Positions 37,309-47,203 of a stretch of 64,000 nt of DNA are shown one piece after another. How positions within the stretch are numbered: position 1 is the stretch's first letter; each line of letters starts with the position of its first letter. Position numbers and translations under genes: made by a program. The stretch comes from Spirochaetia bacterium (lineage in GTDB: Bacteria; Spirochaetota; Spirochaetia; SZUA-6; Bin103), in NCBI GenBank assembly GCA_965208575.1, contig CBDBOV010000006.1, positions 960,001 through 1,024,000 on the forward strand. Direction: 5' to 3'. Under the pieces are notes generated by a model. That model did not search any database and was not told where the DNA came from. It was given only the letters and a program-made list of their open reading frames with translations.

Positions 37309-38325
37309 TCAGGAGGGTTCGGCGACGCGGACTACCTGCTTGCCGAGGTTCCGGCTGGTGAGCAGGCGCATGAACGCGCCGGGCAGGTTCTCGAAGCCCT
37401 CCACGATGTCGAACTTCGACTTCAGAACGCCGCTCTTCTGCCACGCTCCGAGCCGGCGGTATGCCTCGTCGAAGCGGTGGCCGTAGTCGCCGGCCAGGAA
37501 CCCCTCGACGCGGGCGCGCGACACCAGGATCTTGCGCATGAAGCGCGGCCCGATGTCGGGCTGGTCGAAGCGGTCGGCAAGGCTGATGGTCCCCACCACC
37601 ACGATGCGCGCGTGCGTGGCCAGGTTCTGAAACACCGCGTCCAGGATCGGACCGGCGGTGTTGTCGTAGTACACGTCCACGCCGTCCGGGCACACGCGCG
37701 CAAGGGCGGCGGCGAGGTCGGGTTCGTTGCGGTAGGCGATGCCGTCGTGGTAGCCGATCTGTCGGCACCAGGCCAGCTTCTCCTCGGTGCTGGTGACCGC
37801 GATGGCGCGGCAGCCGCAGATCCTGGCGATCTGGCCGGCGATCTGACCCACCGATCCGGCGGCCGCCGAGATCACCACCGTGTCGCCCGGCTTGATGCGC
37901 CCGGTCTCGATCAGCGCGAAGTACGCGGTCGGGCCGTTGGTGCCCAGGAAATCGAGCCAATGCGGCAGGTCGGCCACCTCCGGATCGACGCGCCGGGCCG
38001 TCCCCGCCGGCACCGCCGCGTATTCCTGCCAGCCGGTCGTGGCCAGCACCAGGTCGCCCGGCTGCCAGGCGCCGTCCTTCGATTTGACCACCTCGGCCAC
38101 CGAGGCGGCGGTCATCACCTCGCCGACGCTCACCCCGGCCGCGTAGTTTTGCTGCCGGCTGATCCGCCCGCGCATGTAGGGCGCCACGTCCACGTACAGC
38201 GACCTTACCAGCAGTTCGCCGTTCCCCGGCTCCGGCACCGCACCCTCGGAAAGCGCCCAGTTGTTCTCGCTCGGCATGCCCTCCGGGTAGGAAGCCAGCC
38301 GCCACTGTCGATTGTTCACCGTCAT
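37309..38325 (-). CDS. NADP-dependent oxidoreductase (PTGR/CurA-like MDR)
   Basis: PYMRG, TAYFAL, SAAAGSVG, GVDVYYDN, NLGKQV; probable leaderless start. Confidence 0.88.
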   Translation of the reverse strand: MTVNNRQWRLASYPEGMPSENNWALSEGAVPEPGNGELLVRSLYVDVAPYMRGRISRQQNYAAGVSVGEVMTAASVAEVVKSKDGAWQPGDLVLATTGWQEYAAVPAGTARRVDPEVADLPHWLDFLGTNGPTAYFALIETGRIKPGDTVVISAAAGSVGQIAGQIARICGCRAIAVTSTEEKLAWCRQIGYHDGIAYRNEPDLAAALARVCPDGVDVYYDNTAGPILDAVFQNLATHARIVVVGTISLADRFDQPDIGPRFMRKILVSRARVEGFLAGDYGHRFDEAYRRLGAWQKSGVLKSKFDIVEGFENLPGAFMRLLTSRNLGKQVVRVAEPS

Positions 38326-38426
38326 GACCGGCATACTACCACTGTTGGGCTGGCGCGGACCCCACCGCCCGGCGGCGGGCTCGAGTCTACTGGAATGATC
38401 GGTTGAAATATGGTACTGCTCGGACC

Positions 38427-39416
38427 ATGGCTGAGTACCACGCCACCGCCGTACCGCGCCCGGTCGACCGCGAGACGCCGCGGCCGGAGTTTCCCGGCTG
38501 CCGTGCGGTGCGCATCACGCGCGCCGAGATCGTCGAATGCGAACGTCGCATCGAGTACTGGGACGCGGCCACCGAGACCGCCTGGATCTGCGAGCCGACC
38601 ACTTCCTATCACGAGCGCCCGGCACGCCTGTTGACGCGGTTGGCCGAGGTGATCGCCCGCGTGCGCGGTTCGCATATCGAATGCTACGGCTCGATGGACC
38701 TGTTGCTGCGCGACGAGCACGACGAGCCGCAACGCATCATGCAGGCCGACGAGTCCCTGTACCTGCATCCGGCGCACGCCAGGCTGCCGGGCGCCGCCAT
38801 GGTAGTGGGCGAGGACGACTTCCCGGACGTGGTGCTGGAGGTGGACCACTCCACGGACGCTCGCCGTGGCAAGCTGGCGTTGTACGAGTCGTGGGGGTTC
38901 CCGGAACTGTGGGTGGACGTGCCGGACGCGCCGTCAGCGAGCCGCCCGCGGGCGCGGCGACCGGGGTTGACGATCCATCTGCTGGTGGACGGTCGCTATC
39001 GGGTCGCGGCGGAGAGCCGCGCGTTCCCGGGCTGGACGGCGGCGGAGATCCACGAGGCGTTGAACGAGGCCGAGCCGTCAGCGCGCACCAGCGCGGTGTT
39101 GGAACGGGTGGGCGGAGCGCTGGGGGCACGGGAAGGAACCGGACCGGACGACGACCCGCTGCTGCGTTCGCAACGGCGCCGGGGGTTCGAGCGCGGCCGA
39201 GCGGAAGGCCATGCGAAAGGGCTCATTGCAGGCGTGCGCAGAGCCCGCGCGGAGATGGTCCGGCAGCTACTGCTGTCGCGCGGTATCGAGGTCTCGCCGG
39301 CGTTCCCGGCGGACGCGGCGTTCGCCGCCACGCCCGAGGACGTGCTGATCTCCGCGGCACTCGCCTGCGAGGACGAGGCCGCCTTCCGCGCCGCCATCTC
39401 GCGGTCCGGACGGTAA
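38427..39416 (+). CDS. Uma2 family restriction-endonuclease-like protein
   Basis: QADESLY, PDVVLEVD, KLALYESWGFPELWV. Confidence 0.78.
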   Translation: MAEYHATAVPRPVDRETPRPEFPGCRAVRITRAEIVECERRIEYWDAATETAWICEPTTSYHERPARLLTRLAEVIARVRGSHIECYGSMDLLLRDEHDEPQRIMQADESLYLHPAHARLPGAAMVVGEDDFPDVVLEVDHSTDARRGKLALYESWGFPELWVDVPDAPSASRPRARRPGLTIHLLVDGRYRVAAESRAFPGWTAAEIHEALNEAEPSARTSAVLERVGGALGAREGTGPDDDPLLRSQRRRGFERGRAEGHAKGLIAGVRRARAEMVRQLLLSRGIEVSPAFPADAAFAATPEDVLISAALACEDEAAFRAAISRSGR

Positions 39417-39419
39417 CAG

Positions 39420-39545
39420 CATCGCCGTTCGCCATGAACTGCCCGACGCCGGCATCGGTGCGCAGAAACGGCGCGCACTGGCTCCGCGTCGCAACACGGC
39501 GATAGGGAATCACCAGAACCTGAAACGGCATCCTGTCGCGATCGC
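39420..39545 (-). pseudogene. NUDIX pyrophosphatase N-terminal remnant
   Basis: RMPFQVLVIPYR...FLRTDAGVGQFMANG resembles a NUDIX N-terminus; truncated where the Uma2 gene ends. Confidence 0.45.
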
Positions 39546-39584
39546 TTGGTCTCCCATCGGCCATTGGTTCCCGATACGGCGGGG

Positions 39585-40625
39585 CTACTCCTGGACGACG
39601 TGGACCTTGATGGCGCCGCGGGTCTTGTCGGCGGAGATGCGGAACGCTTCGGCGATGTCGTCGAACGGCAGCCGGTGGCTGACCAGCTTCGCCGCTTCCA
39701 CCTTGCCGGTGGCGATCAGGTCGATGGCGGCGTCGAAGTCGGTTTCCATGCCGCTGATGCCGTAGCAGTTGGAGCCGGTGACGAGCGCCTCCGACCACAC
39801 GATGCGGGTCAGGTCGACGCCGGCCGCGTCGTAGTGGCCGGAAACCAGGACCACGCGGCCGCGCGGGCGCACGGCGGCCAGCGCATCGCCGAAGCTGCCG
39901 GGGGCGCCGACCGTCTCGATGACTACGTCCATGCCGACGCCGTCGGTGAGGTCGCTGACGTACTCGCCCAGGTCCCGGTCGCCAACGTGCACGACGTGGT
40001 CGGCGCCCAGCTCGGCCGCCAGCCGCGCCTGCTGCTCGTACTTCACCGTGATCAGCGTCTCGCGAACGCCCACCGCCTTGGCAGCGGCCAGCGCGAACTG
40101 GCCGATGGTGCCGCCGCCGATGACCGCCACCCGGTCGCGCGAGCCGGTGCCGGCCTGCGCCAGCGCGCGCCATGACACCGCCAGCGGCTCTACCAGCGCG
40201 CCGTCCTCGTAGCTCATCCCGTCCGGCAGCTTGAACAGGCCCGAGGCGTGCGCGGCGGTGAACTCCGCGAAGCCGCCGTGGGTGTTCGGAGACACGCCCT
40301 GGCGGCGCAGGCAGTGATTGTACTGGCCGGTGGCGCAGTACACGCACTCGCCGCAGTGGGAGAAGCACTCCACCGCCACCGTGTCGCCGACGGCGAAGCC
40401 GCCGACGTCCGCGCCCACCTCCGCCACCACGCCGCAGGTCTCGTGGCCCGCGGCCGTGGTATGCGACTGCCCCCAGGTGCCGAAGTAGGAATGCAGGTCG
40501 CTGCCGCAGATGCCGGTGCAGCGGGTGTCGATCAGCACCTGCCCCGGCTCCGGCTTGCTGCGCTCCACCTCCCGCACTTCGATCTCCCTGATCCCGGTAT
40601 AGATCGCCGCCTTCATGGTCGCCAT
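39585..40625 (-). CDS. Zn-dependent dehydrogenase (sorbitol/threonine DH-like)
   Basis: GICGSDLH, GHE, CGECVYC..C, VEPLAV, GGGTIG. Confidence 0.9.
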   Translation of the reverse strand: MATMKAAIYTGIREIEVREVERSKPEPGQVLIDTRCTGICGSDLHSYFGTWGQSHTTAAGHETCGVVAEVGADVGGFAVGDTVAVECFSHCGECVYCATGQYNHCLRRQGVSPNTHGGFAEFTAAHASGLFKLPDGMSYEDGALVEPLAVSWRALAQAGTGSRDRVAVIGGGTIGQFALAAAKAVGVRETLITVKYEQQARLAAELGADHVVHVGDRDLGEYVSDLTDGVGMDVVIETVGAPGSFGDALAAVRPRGRVVLVSGHYDAAGVDLTRIVWSEALVTGSNCYGISGMETDFDAAIDLIATGKVEAAKLVSHRLPFDDIAEAFRISADKTRGAIKVHVVQE

Positions 40626-40639
40626 GTTCCGCCTCCCGT

Positions 40640-40861
40640 GTGCGCCATCCCTACCGGAGCGCCGTGCCGACAGCCCCGGCGGTTGCCGGCCCGAATCCCG
40701 GCCCTGGCGATGTACATGCGGTCCGCGGCAGGCGCCGCGACGCGCGCTGCAGCCAGCCCCGTGCCACCGGCCAGCACCCGACCGCGGAACTCGGCGGCCC
40801 CGCGGCCGTTCAGGGAGGCCAGGAGCTCGCCGCTGGTTGCCGGCAGCACTTCCGCGTGCAT
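40640..40861 (-). pseudogene. Truncated AbiEii-type nucleotidyltransferase
   Basis: MHAEVL...VLAGGTGLA, then no RxSxDxD motif. Confidence 0.55.
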
Positions 40862-41133
40862 CCTACACTCTCGATTTTCAGAATGGCGTCCCACAGCGCG
40901 GCCACCTTCGCCGATTGCATTCTGACGCCGGCGATCGTTTCCAGAAACAGGTGCCGCCCCATGACAGCCGCGAGCCCTCGTACGTCTTCCAGGTCACCAA
41001 GGTGGATGACCCGCGCAACCACCCACCGGGGATAGGTTTCCAAGTCGGCGGGGGACAGGGAACGCTCCCAGAACAACCTGGCCGCCCGCTGCAGAACACG
41101 ATCCCTGGAGACCATCCCCTGCGGTCGATGCAT
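40810..41133 (-). CDS. DUF6922-like small protein
   Basis: RLFWE...YPRWVVARVIHLGDLEDV pattern; TGcTATACT 9 nt before ATG. Confidence 0.6.
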   Translation of the reverse strand: MHRPQGMVSRDRVLQRAARLFWERSLSPADLETYPRWVVARVIHLGDLEDVRGLAAVMGRHLFLETIAGVRMQSAKVAALWDAILKIESVGCTRKCCRQPAASSWPP

Positions 41134-41296
41134 CGTTCTGCCAGTATAGCACGAACGGCGAGTTGGCGCGTCGGAGGAGTCGAGGCGCCGGCCCGGCCGG
41201 CCCGGCAGCGGCGGGTTGCACGGCGGGGCGGTTTCGTCGCACAAAGGTGCGTCGCACAAGGGTCGAGGAGCGATCCGTGTGGCGGGGACCAACAAT

Positions 41297-42154
41297 ATGG
41301 CAGGAAAATCGAAGACGCGGGTGAGCCAGCGCCCGCCTCACCGGCTGCAGCGGCGGCCGCCCAGCCTGGCGGAGCTGGACATGTCGCCGCGGGTCGGGCG
41401 CCGGGGGTACGAGGCGAAGCTGGACCGCCGGCAGCAGGAACTGAAGGAGGTCTCGCTGGCCTACCGGGCGCAGGGGCGGCGCGCGGTGGTGGTGTTCGAG
41501 GGCTGGGACGCCGCCGGCAAGGGCGGCATCATCCGCCGGCTGGGCTGGCCGCTCGACCCGCGCGGCTTCAAGGTGTGGCCGATCGCCGCACCGCTTCCGG
41601 AGGAGCAGGGGCAGCCCTACCTGTACCGCTTCTGGCGCCGCCTGCCCTACCCGGGCCAGCTCGTGGTGTTCGACCGTTCCTGGTACGGCCGCGTGCTGGT
41701 GGAGCGGGTCGAGGGCTTCGCCGGCGAAGCGGAGTGGCGCCGCGCCTACGCGGAGATCAACGACTTCGAGCGGATGCTCGCAGACGACGGCATCCGGCTG
41801 GTGAAGGTCTTCCTGCATATCAGCCCACAGGAGCAGCTCAAGCGCTTCCGCGCCCGCCTGAACGATCCCCTGAAGCGCTGGAAGCTGTCGCCGGAGGACC
41901 TGCGCAACAGGGCGCGCTGGGCGGAGTACGAGGCCGCCATTGAGGAGATGTTCAGCCACACCTCCACGGTCGCCCACCCGTGGCAACTGGTCGCGGCCAA
42001 CGACAAGAAGTACGCCCGCCTCGCGGCCCTCGGCGTGGTGGTGAAGCACCTGGCAGCGGGGGTGGACCTGAAGCCGGGCGACCTCGACCCGGAATTCGCC
42101 CGTCACGCACACGAAGTTCTCGGGCTACCGGCCGATCACCACCCGGAACGGTAG
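41297..42154 (+). CDS. ppk2: Polyphosphate kinase 2 family
   Basis: FEGWDAAGKGG, LDPRG, FDRSWYGR, LKRWKLS. Confidence 0.9.
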   Translation: MAGKSKTRVSQRPPHRLQRRPPSLAELDMSPRVGRRGYEAKLDRRQQELKEVSLAYRAQGRRAVVVFEGWDAAGKGGIIRRLGWPLDPRGFKVWPIAAPLPEEQGQPYLYRFWRRLPYPGQLVVFDRSWYGRVLVERVEGFAGEAEWRRAYAEINDFERMLADDGIRLVKVFLHISPQEQLKRFRARLNDPLKRWKLSPEDLRNRARWAEYEAAIEEMFSHTSTVAHPWQLVAANDKKYARLAALGVVVKHLAAGVDLKPGDLDPEFARHAHEVLGLPADHHPER

Positions 42155-42315
42155 GCCCGGCCGGGTCGCGACGCCAACAGCACGACAGTGACCGCGGTTC
42201 GCGGGCTGGCGGAGCGGACGTAAGACCGTGCAGTTCGGCGAGAATCCACGTCGCTCGGTGGCGCGCGGGATCGTTGACGACATGGCGGCGCCGGTCATAC
42301 ACTTCGGGGTACAGA

Positions 42316-42463
42316 GAACTTCGGGGCATGGTGTAATTCCAGACCGGTGGTGATGGGCGCCCCTGTGGCGCGCGCAGCCCACTACTCCCGTTCGCCTCCC
42401 GCGGGCGGGACTGAACCGGTGCAATTCCGGTGCCGACGGTAACAGTCCGGATGGGAGAAGTTC
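42316..42463 (+). ncRNA. FMN riboswitch (RFN element)
   Basis: TTCGGGGCATGGTGTAATTCC.GACCGGTGGT...AGCCC...CCGGTGCAATTCCGGTGCCGACGGT..AGTCCGGATGGGAGAAG upstream of ribD. Confidence 0.93.
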
Positions 42464-42614
42464 CGACCGACTTTCCTCGTGCGCACAGGCGCTGATGGTG
42501 CGCCCGGATGCCGGTCCGCGGCATCGGGCAGCCGGCGGCATGGTGCGCCGATGCGGCCCCACGCGGCGGTGGTGCGCACGCGCGCTCCGCCGGTGCAGGA
42601 GTTCTCGAAGCGTG

Positions 42615-43811
42615 ATGAACGTGACGGGAACCAGCCATCACCCCATGCAGCGCGCGCTGCAACTCGCCGAGGGCGGTCGTGGGCGCACTTCGCCCAACCC
42701 GATGACCGGGTGTGTCGTGGTAAAGGGCGGACGCGTGATCGGCGAGGGGTTCCACGAACGCCACGGCGCCCGCCATGCCGAGGCCGCGGCCATCGAGTCC
42801 TGCCGCGAGAACGGCGAGTCTCCGCGCGATGCACACCTGTACTGCAACCTGGAGCCGTGTGCCACGGCCTATCGCGGCAAGCTCACCCCGCCCTGCGCCG
42901 CGGCCATCGTCCGCGCCGGCATCGCCCGCGTGACCGTCGCCACCCTCGATCCCAACCCGCACGTCAGCGGCGCCGGCATACGGCTGCTGCGCGAGGCGGG
43001 CATCGCGGTAACCGTCGGCGTGGAAGCCGAAGCCGCGCTGCTGTTGAACGTGCCGTTCTTCACCGCCGCGCACTACGCACGGCCCTACGTTCACCTGAAG
43101 ATCGCCCAGTCCCTCGACGGGCGCATCGCCGCCCGCGGCGGCGACTCGCGCTGGATCACCGACGCCGCCGCGCGGCGCATCGTGCACCGGATGCGCGCCG
43201 AGCACGATGCCGTCCTGGTGGGGCGCGCCACCGCGCTGCACGACGACCCGCGGCTCACCGCGCGCGACGTCGAAGCCGGCGCCCGGCCGGCGGCGACGCC
43301 GTGGCGCGTGGTGCTCGACAGCCGCCTCGCGCTTCCCGCCGCGGCGCGGCTGGCCAGCGACGAGCACGCGGCGCGCACCATCGTGCTGACCACCGAGCAG
43401 GCCGACCCGGCGCGCCGCCGCGAATTCGCCGCCGGCGGCGTGCAGGTACTGGTGGTGGTGGCCGGTGCCGGCGGGCGGCCGGACATCGACGCCGTCCTGC
43501 AGGCGCTGCATGCACGAGGCATCCGCTCGCTGCTCGTGGAGGGAGGCGGCGCGGTATACACCTCGTTTCTGCGCGCCGGACGCTTCGACCGGCTGTCCGT
43601 GTTCGTGGCGCCGCTGCTGATCGGGGAAGGGGTCGCCGCGGTGGGCGACCTCGGCACCCGTCGCATCGCCGGCGCCGCGCGCCTGCAGGGGGTCACCACG
43701 ACCGTGGTCAACGACCAGGTGATGGTGTCGGGGTACCGCGATCTGGGCACGCTGCGGCAGGCGGTGCTGCCCGAGGGCGAGGCGCAGCCGGCCGTCGCCC
43801 GGGCAGGGTGA
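42615..43811 (+). CDS. ribD: Riboflavin deaminase/reductase RibD
   Basis: TSPNPM, HAE, LEPC..TPPC, AQSLDG, SRWIT, DDPRLTAR, VEGG. Confidence 0.93.
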   Translation: MNVTGTSHHPMQRALQLAEGGRGRTSPNPMTGCVVVKGGRVIGEGFHERHGARHAEAAAIESCRENGESPRDAHLYCNLEPCATAYRGKLTPPCAAAIVRAGIARVTVATLDPNPHVSGAGIRLLREAGIAVTVGVEAEAALLLNVPFFTAAHYARPYVHLKIAQSLDGRIAARGGDSRWITDAAARRIVHRMRAEHDAVLVGRATALHDDPRLTARDVEAGARPAATPWRVVLDSRLALPAAARLASDEHAARTIVLTTEQADPARRREFAAGGVQVLVVVAGAGGRPDIDAVLQALHARGIRSLLVEGGGAVYTSFLRAGRFDRLSVFVAPLLIGEGVAAVGDLGTRRIAGAARLQGVTTTVVNDQVMVSGYRDLGTLRQAVLPEGEAQPAVARAG

Positions 43812-43819
43812 CAGGTACG

Positions 43820-45136
43820 ATGTTTTCGGGAATCGTCGAGGAAGTCGGCACCATCCGGGAGCGCACGGACGCGGACGGCGGGGTGCGGCTGTCGATCGGC
43901 TGCGCCCTGGTGCTCGACGACCTGGCCCCCGGCGCGTCGGTGGCCGTCGATGGCGTGTGCCAGACGGTGGTGAGCCACGACAGCGGCGGGTTCGTGGTGC
44001 ACGCCGGCGGCGCCACCCTGGACAAGACCACCCTCGGCGCGTTGCGGGTGGGCGACCGGGTCAACCTGGAGCGGGCGCTGGCGGTGGGCAGCCGCCTGAA
44101 CGGGCACTTCGTCCAGGGCCACGTGAACGCCACCGGCATCGTGCACGCGTGGCAACGCTTCGGCGGCACACCGGACACCGAGGCGGAGCGTGCTGCGAAC
44201 GCCGCGCCCGCGGCCGGCAGCGACGACGCGACCGGTACGTGGCGCTTCGAGATCGACATACCCGATCACCTGCGCCGCTACGTGGCCGCGGAGGGTTCGC
44301 TGGCCGTGAACGGCGTCAGCCTCACCGTCGCCGGGCTGGCCGGCAGCCGCGTCGCGTTCTCCATCATTCCCTATACCGCACACCACACCGCCCTGCGCGA
44401 CCGCACGCCGGGCGCGCCCGTCAACCTGGAGGTGGACATGATCGCCAAGTACCTGGAATCGCTGCACATGCACGGACCGCCCGCGGCCGGCGCCGGAGCG
44501 CCCGCGCCGGCGGCCCACCCCGCCCCGGTCACCTGCCCAGTGGCGGCGGCCGCGGAAGAGCTGGCCGCCGGCGGCATGATCATCGTCACCGACCACGCGG
44601 CGCGCGAAAACGAGGGCGACCTGGTGATCGCCGCCGAGCACGCCACCCCGGCGGCGGTAAACTTCATGGTGACCCACGCCCGCGGCATGGTGTGCGTGCC
44701 GCTGACCGCGGAGCGCGCGGCGGCGCTCGAGCTGCCCCTGATGGCGGCGGCCAACAGCGCCCTGCACGGCACCGCGTTCACGGTCTCGGTCGACTACCGG
44801 CATGGCACCACCACCGGCGTCTCGGCGGCCGACCGCGCCGCCACCGCCGTCGCGCTCGCCGATCCGGATGCGGGCGCCGGCGACTTCGCCCGGCCCGGCC
44901 ACCTGTTTCCGATCATCGCCGACCCCGGCGGCGTGCGTGCGCGGCCCGGCCACACCGAGGCCGCCGTCGAGCTGATGCGGCTGGCCGGCTGCCGGCCGGT
45001 GGCGGTGATCTGCGAGATCATGGCCGCCGACGGCAGCATGGCCGGCGATGCGGAATTGATGGAACTGGCGCGCACCCACGGCTTGCCGGTGGTGAGCGTC
45101 GAGCAGGTAGCGGAGGCAGCAGGCTCATGCAATTGA
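43820..45136 (+). CDS. ribE: Fusion of riboflavin synthase (alpha) and DHBP synthase RibB
   Basis: MFSGIVEE, GVCQTV, VNLERA, GHFVQGHV, VNLEVD; then RENEGD, AFTVSVD, TTTGVSA, RPGHLFP, GHTEA, CEI. Confidence 0.88.
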   Translation: MFSGIVEEVGTIRERTDADGGVRLSIGCALVLDDLAPGASVAVDGVCQTVVSHDSGGFVVHAGGATLDKTTLGALRVGDRVNLERALAVGSRLNGHFVQGHVNATGIVHAWQRFGGTPDTEAERAANAAPAAGSDDATGTWRFEIDIPDHLRRYVAAEGSLAVNGVSLTVAGLAGSRVAFSIIPYTAHHTALRDRTPGAPVNLEVDMIAKYLESLHMHGPPAAGAGAPAPAAHPAPVTCPVAAAAEELAAGGMIIVTDHAARENEGDLVIAAEHATPAAVNFMVTHARGMVCVPLTAERAAALELPLMAAANSALHGTAFTVSVDYRHGTTTGVSAADRAATAVALADPDAGAGDFARPGHLFPIIADPGGVRARPGHTEAAVELMRLAGCRPVAVICEIMAADGSMAGDAELMELARTHGLPVVSVEQVAEAAGSCN

Positions 45137-45230
45137 TCGAAGAAGCACATGCACTGATCGCGAACACGAGACTCATCGAGAAGGCACGGACACTGATCGG
45201 AGAAAGCACGTGAGACTAATCGAGGGAAAC
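45128..45230 (+). repeat. Five degenerate ~20-nt tandem copies of the ribH start region
   Basis: Units begin TTGATCG/CTGATCG/CTCATCG/CTGATCG/CTAATCG; encode [28 protein letters not shown]. Confidence 0.55.
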
Positions 45231-45713
45231 TACGAGGGCGCCGGGCGCCGCTTCGCGCTGGTGGCCAGCCGCTTCAACGAGTTGATCACCAGCCGGCTGG
45301 TGGAGGGTGCGGGCGACTGCCTGCGCCGCCACGGCGTCGCCGACGGCGACATTACCGTGGTGTGGGTGCCGGGGGCGTTCGAGATTCCGCTCGCCGCCCG
45401 GCGGATCGCCGAGCAGGGCGGCTGCGACGCGGTCGTGTGCCTGGGGGCGGTGATCGAGGGGGCCACCGACCATCACGAGTATGTGGCCGGCAACGCCGCC
45501 GCCGGCATCGCGCGCGAGTCGGCGGCCGCGGACGTGCCGATGACCTTCGGCATCATCACGGCCGGGAGCATCGAGCAGGCGATCGAGCGCGCCGGCACCA
45601 AGCAGGGTAACCTGGGCTGGAACGCCGCCCTGTCGGCGCTGGAAATGACCAATGTGCTGCGCCGCATCGACGAGTTGTCCTCGCAAGACGGCGCAGCCCA
45701 GGAGCAAGCATGA
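45210..45713 (+). CDS. ribH: 6,7-dimethyl-8-ribityllumazine synthase
   Basis: [31 protein letters not shown]. Confidence 0.93.
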   Translation: MRLIEGNYEGAGRRFALVASRFNELITSRLVEGAGDCLRRHGVADGDITVVWVPGAFEIPLAARRIAEQGGCDAVVCLGAVIEGATDHHEYVAGNAAAGIARESAAADVPMTFGIITAGSIEQAIERAGTKQGNLGWNAALSALEMTNVLRRIDELSSQDGAAQEQA

Positions 45714-46597
45714 CCATCCCCACCATCCCGTTCGGCAGCACCGGGCACCTGAGCACGCGCTGCATCTTCGGCGGCACCGCCCTGTCGCGGGCGTCGCAGG
45801 AGGAGGCCGACCGCACCCTGGAGGTGCTGCTGCAATACGGCATCAACCACATCGACACCGCGGCCGGCTACGGCGACTCCGAGCTGCGCATTGCCCCCTG
45901 GATGCGCCGCCACCGCGAGCGCTTCTTCCTGGCCACCAAGACCGGCGAGCGCAGCGCCGACGCGGCGCGCGCCCAGTTGGAACGCTCGCTGCGGCGCCTG
46001 CAGGTGGATCACGTCGACCTGATCCAGTTGCACAGCCTCACCGAGCCGGACGAGTGGCGGCAGGCGCTCGGCAGCGGCGGCGCCCTGGAGGCGTTGATCC
46101 GCGCCCGCGAAGAGGGCCTGGCGCGCAATATCGGGATTACCGGCCATGGCGTGACGGTGGCGCGCTCGCACCTTGACGCGCTCGGGCGCCACCCGTTCGA
46201 CGCGGTCCTGCTGCCGCTCAACTACCCGATGTACCGGATCCCGGAGTATGCCGCCGACTTCGAGGAGCTGCGCGCAGAGTGCCGGCGGCGCGGGGTGGCG
46301 GTGCAGACCATCAAGGCGATCGCCCGCCGCCGCTGGACCGGCAGCGCGCGCCCGCACGCCACCTGGTACGAGCCGCTGGCCGGCCAGCCGGACATCGACG
46401 CCTCGGTGCACTGGGTGCTGGCCCACGACGGCGTGTTCCTGAATACGGCGGGCGACATGAACCTGCTGCCGCGCATCCTCGACGCCGCCGCGCGCGCTCC
46501 GGCCGCCGGCGCCGACAACCACGATACCGCGGCCGGCGAGGCGGCGGCACGCCGGCAGATGCAGCCTCTGTTCACCGCCGCCCGGAACGTGATCTGA
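45710..46597 (+). CDS. Aldo/keto reductase
   Basis: [29 protein letters not shown]. Confidence 0.88.
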   Translation: MTIPTIPFGSTGHLSTRCIFGGTALSRASQEEADRTLEVLLQYGINHIDTAAGYGDSELRIAPWMRRHRERFFLATKTGERSADAARAQLERSLRRLQVDHVDLIQLHSLTEPDEWRQALGSGGALEALIRAREEGLARNIGITGHGVTVARSHLDALGRHPFDAVLLPLNYPMYRIPEYAADFEELRAECRRRGVAVQTIKAIARRRWTGSARPHATWYEPLAGQPDIDASVHWVLAHDGVFLNTAGDMNLLPRILDAAARAPAAGADNHDTAAGEAAARRQMQPLFTAARNVI

Positions 46598-46643
46598 CGG
46601 CGGCCAAAAGCGGCACGGTCCCCGGACCCATTGTCTGTTGACG

Positions 46644-47111
46644 ATGGGTAACGAACACAACTCTCACGGCAGGAGCGACGGCTCCCTGGTGTCGGCAATC
46701 GAGTACCTCGGCGAACGCCTGATTGCGCTCTCTTGCGACCTCGTGTGGGACTTCACGCCTCCCTTTGTCGGCCTGCGCTGGATCCGCTGGCGGGTGGCAC
46801 GGCTCGACAAGGAGGCCGAGGCCCTGCGCAGGGTTGCGGCGATCCACCGGTCGGCCGAGGACGAACGGAGCTCGCTCAGCAGACGGATCGCGGCCCGGAG
46901 CCGGGAACTCGAAGCGGAGTACGAAAATGTCGACATGCGCCTCGCGGACCTCGAAGAGCGCAACCGGGAAGGTTCCCCCGAGCAGAGGAAGATCCTGATA
47001 CTGATTGCGTACCTGCTGTTCGGCTGGGGGAGCACGAACCTGGGATTGATTGCCGAGGTGATCGAGGTGCAGCAAGCCTTCAGCCTGGCCGTCTCGGGAC
47101 AGCCGCGCTGA
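46644..47111 (+). CDS. Hypothetical protein (coiled coil plus C-terminal hydrophobic segment)
   Basis: Open frame filling the intergenic gap; no motif recognised. Confidence 0.4.
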   Translation: MGNEHNSHGRSDGSLVSAIEYLGERLIALSCDLVWDFTPPFVGLRWIRWRVARLDKEAEALRRVAAIHRSAEDERSSLSRRIAARSRELEAEYENVDMRLADLEERNREGSPEQRKILILIAYLLFGWGSTNLGLIAEVIEVQQAFSLAVSGQPR

Positions 47112-47203
47112 ACCCCGCGCCGAGCGCGCGCCAAGTTCCGCGCCGGCCCGTGCCACTTGACAGTGCGGCGGGAGCGCATGATCCTGCGCGAACGGAGTTT
47201 ACC

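Noticed and set aside
42479-43819. 885-aa ORF read as one protein
   Set aside because: The first ~447 codons overlap ribD in another frame; the real start is MFSGIV at 43820
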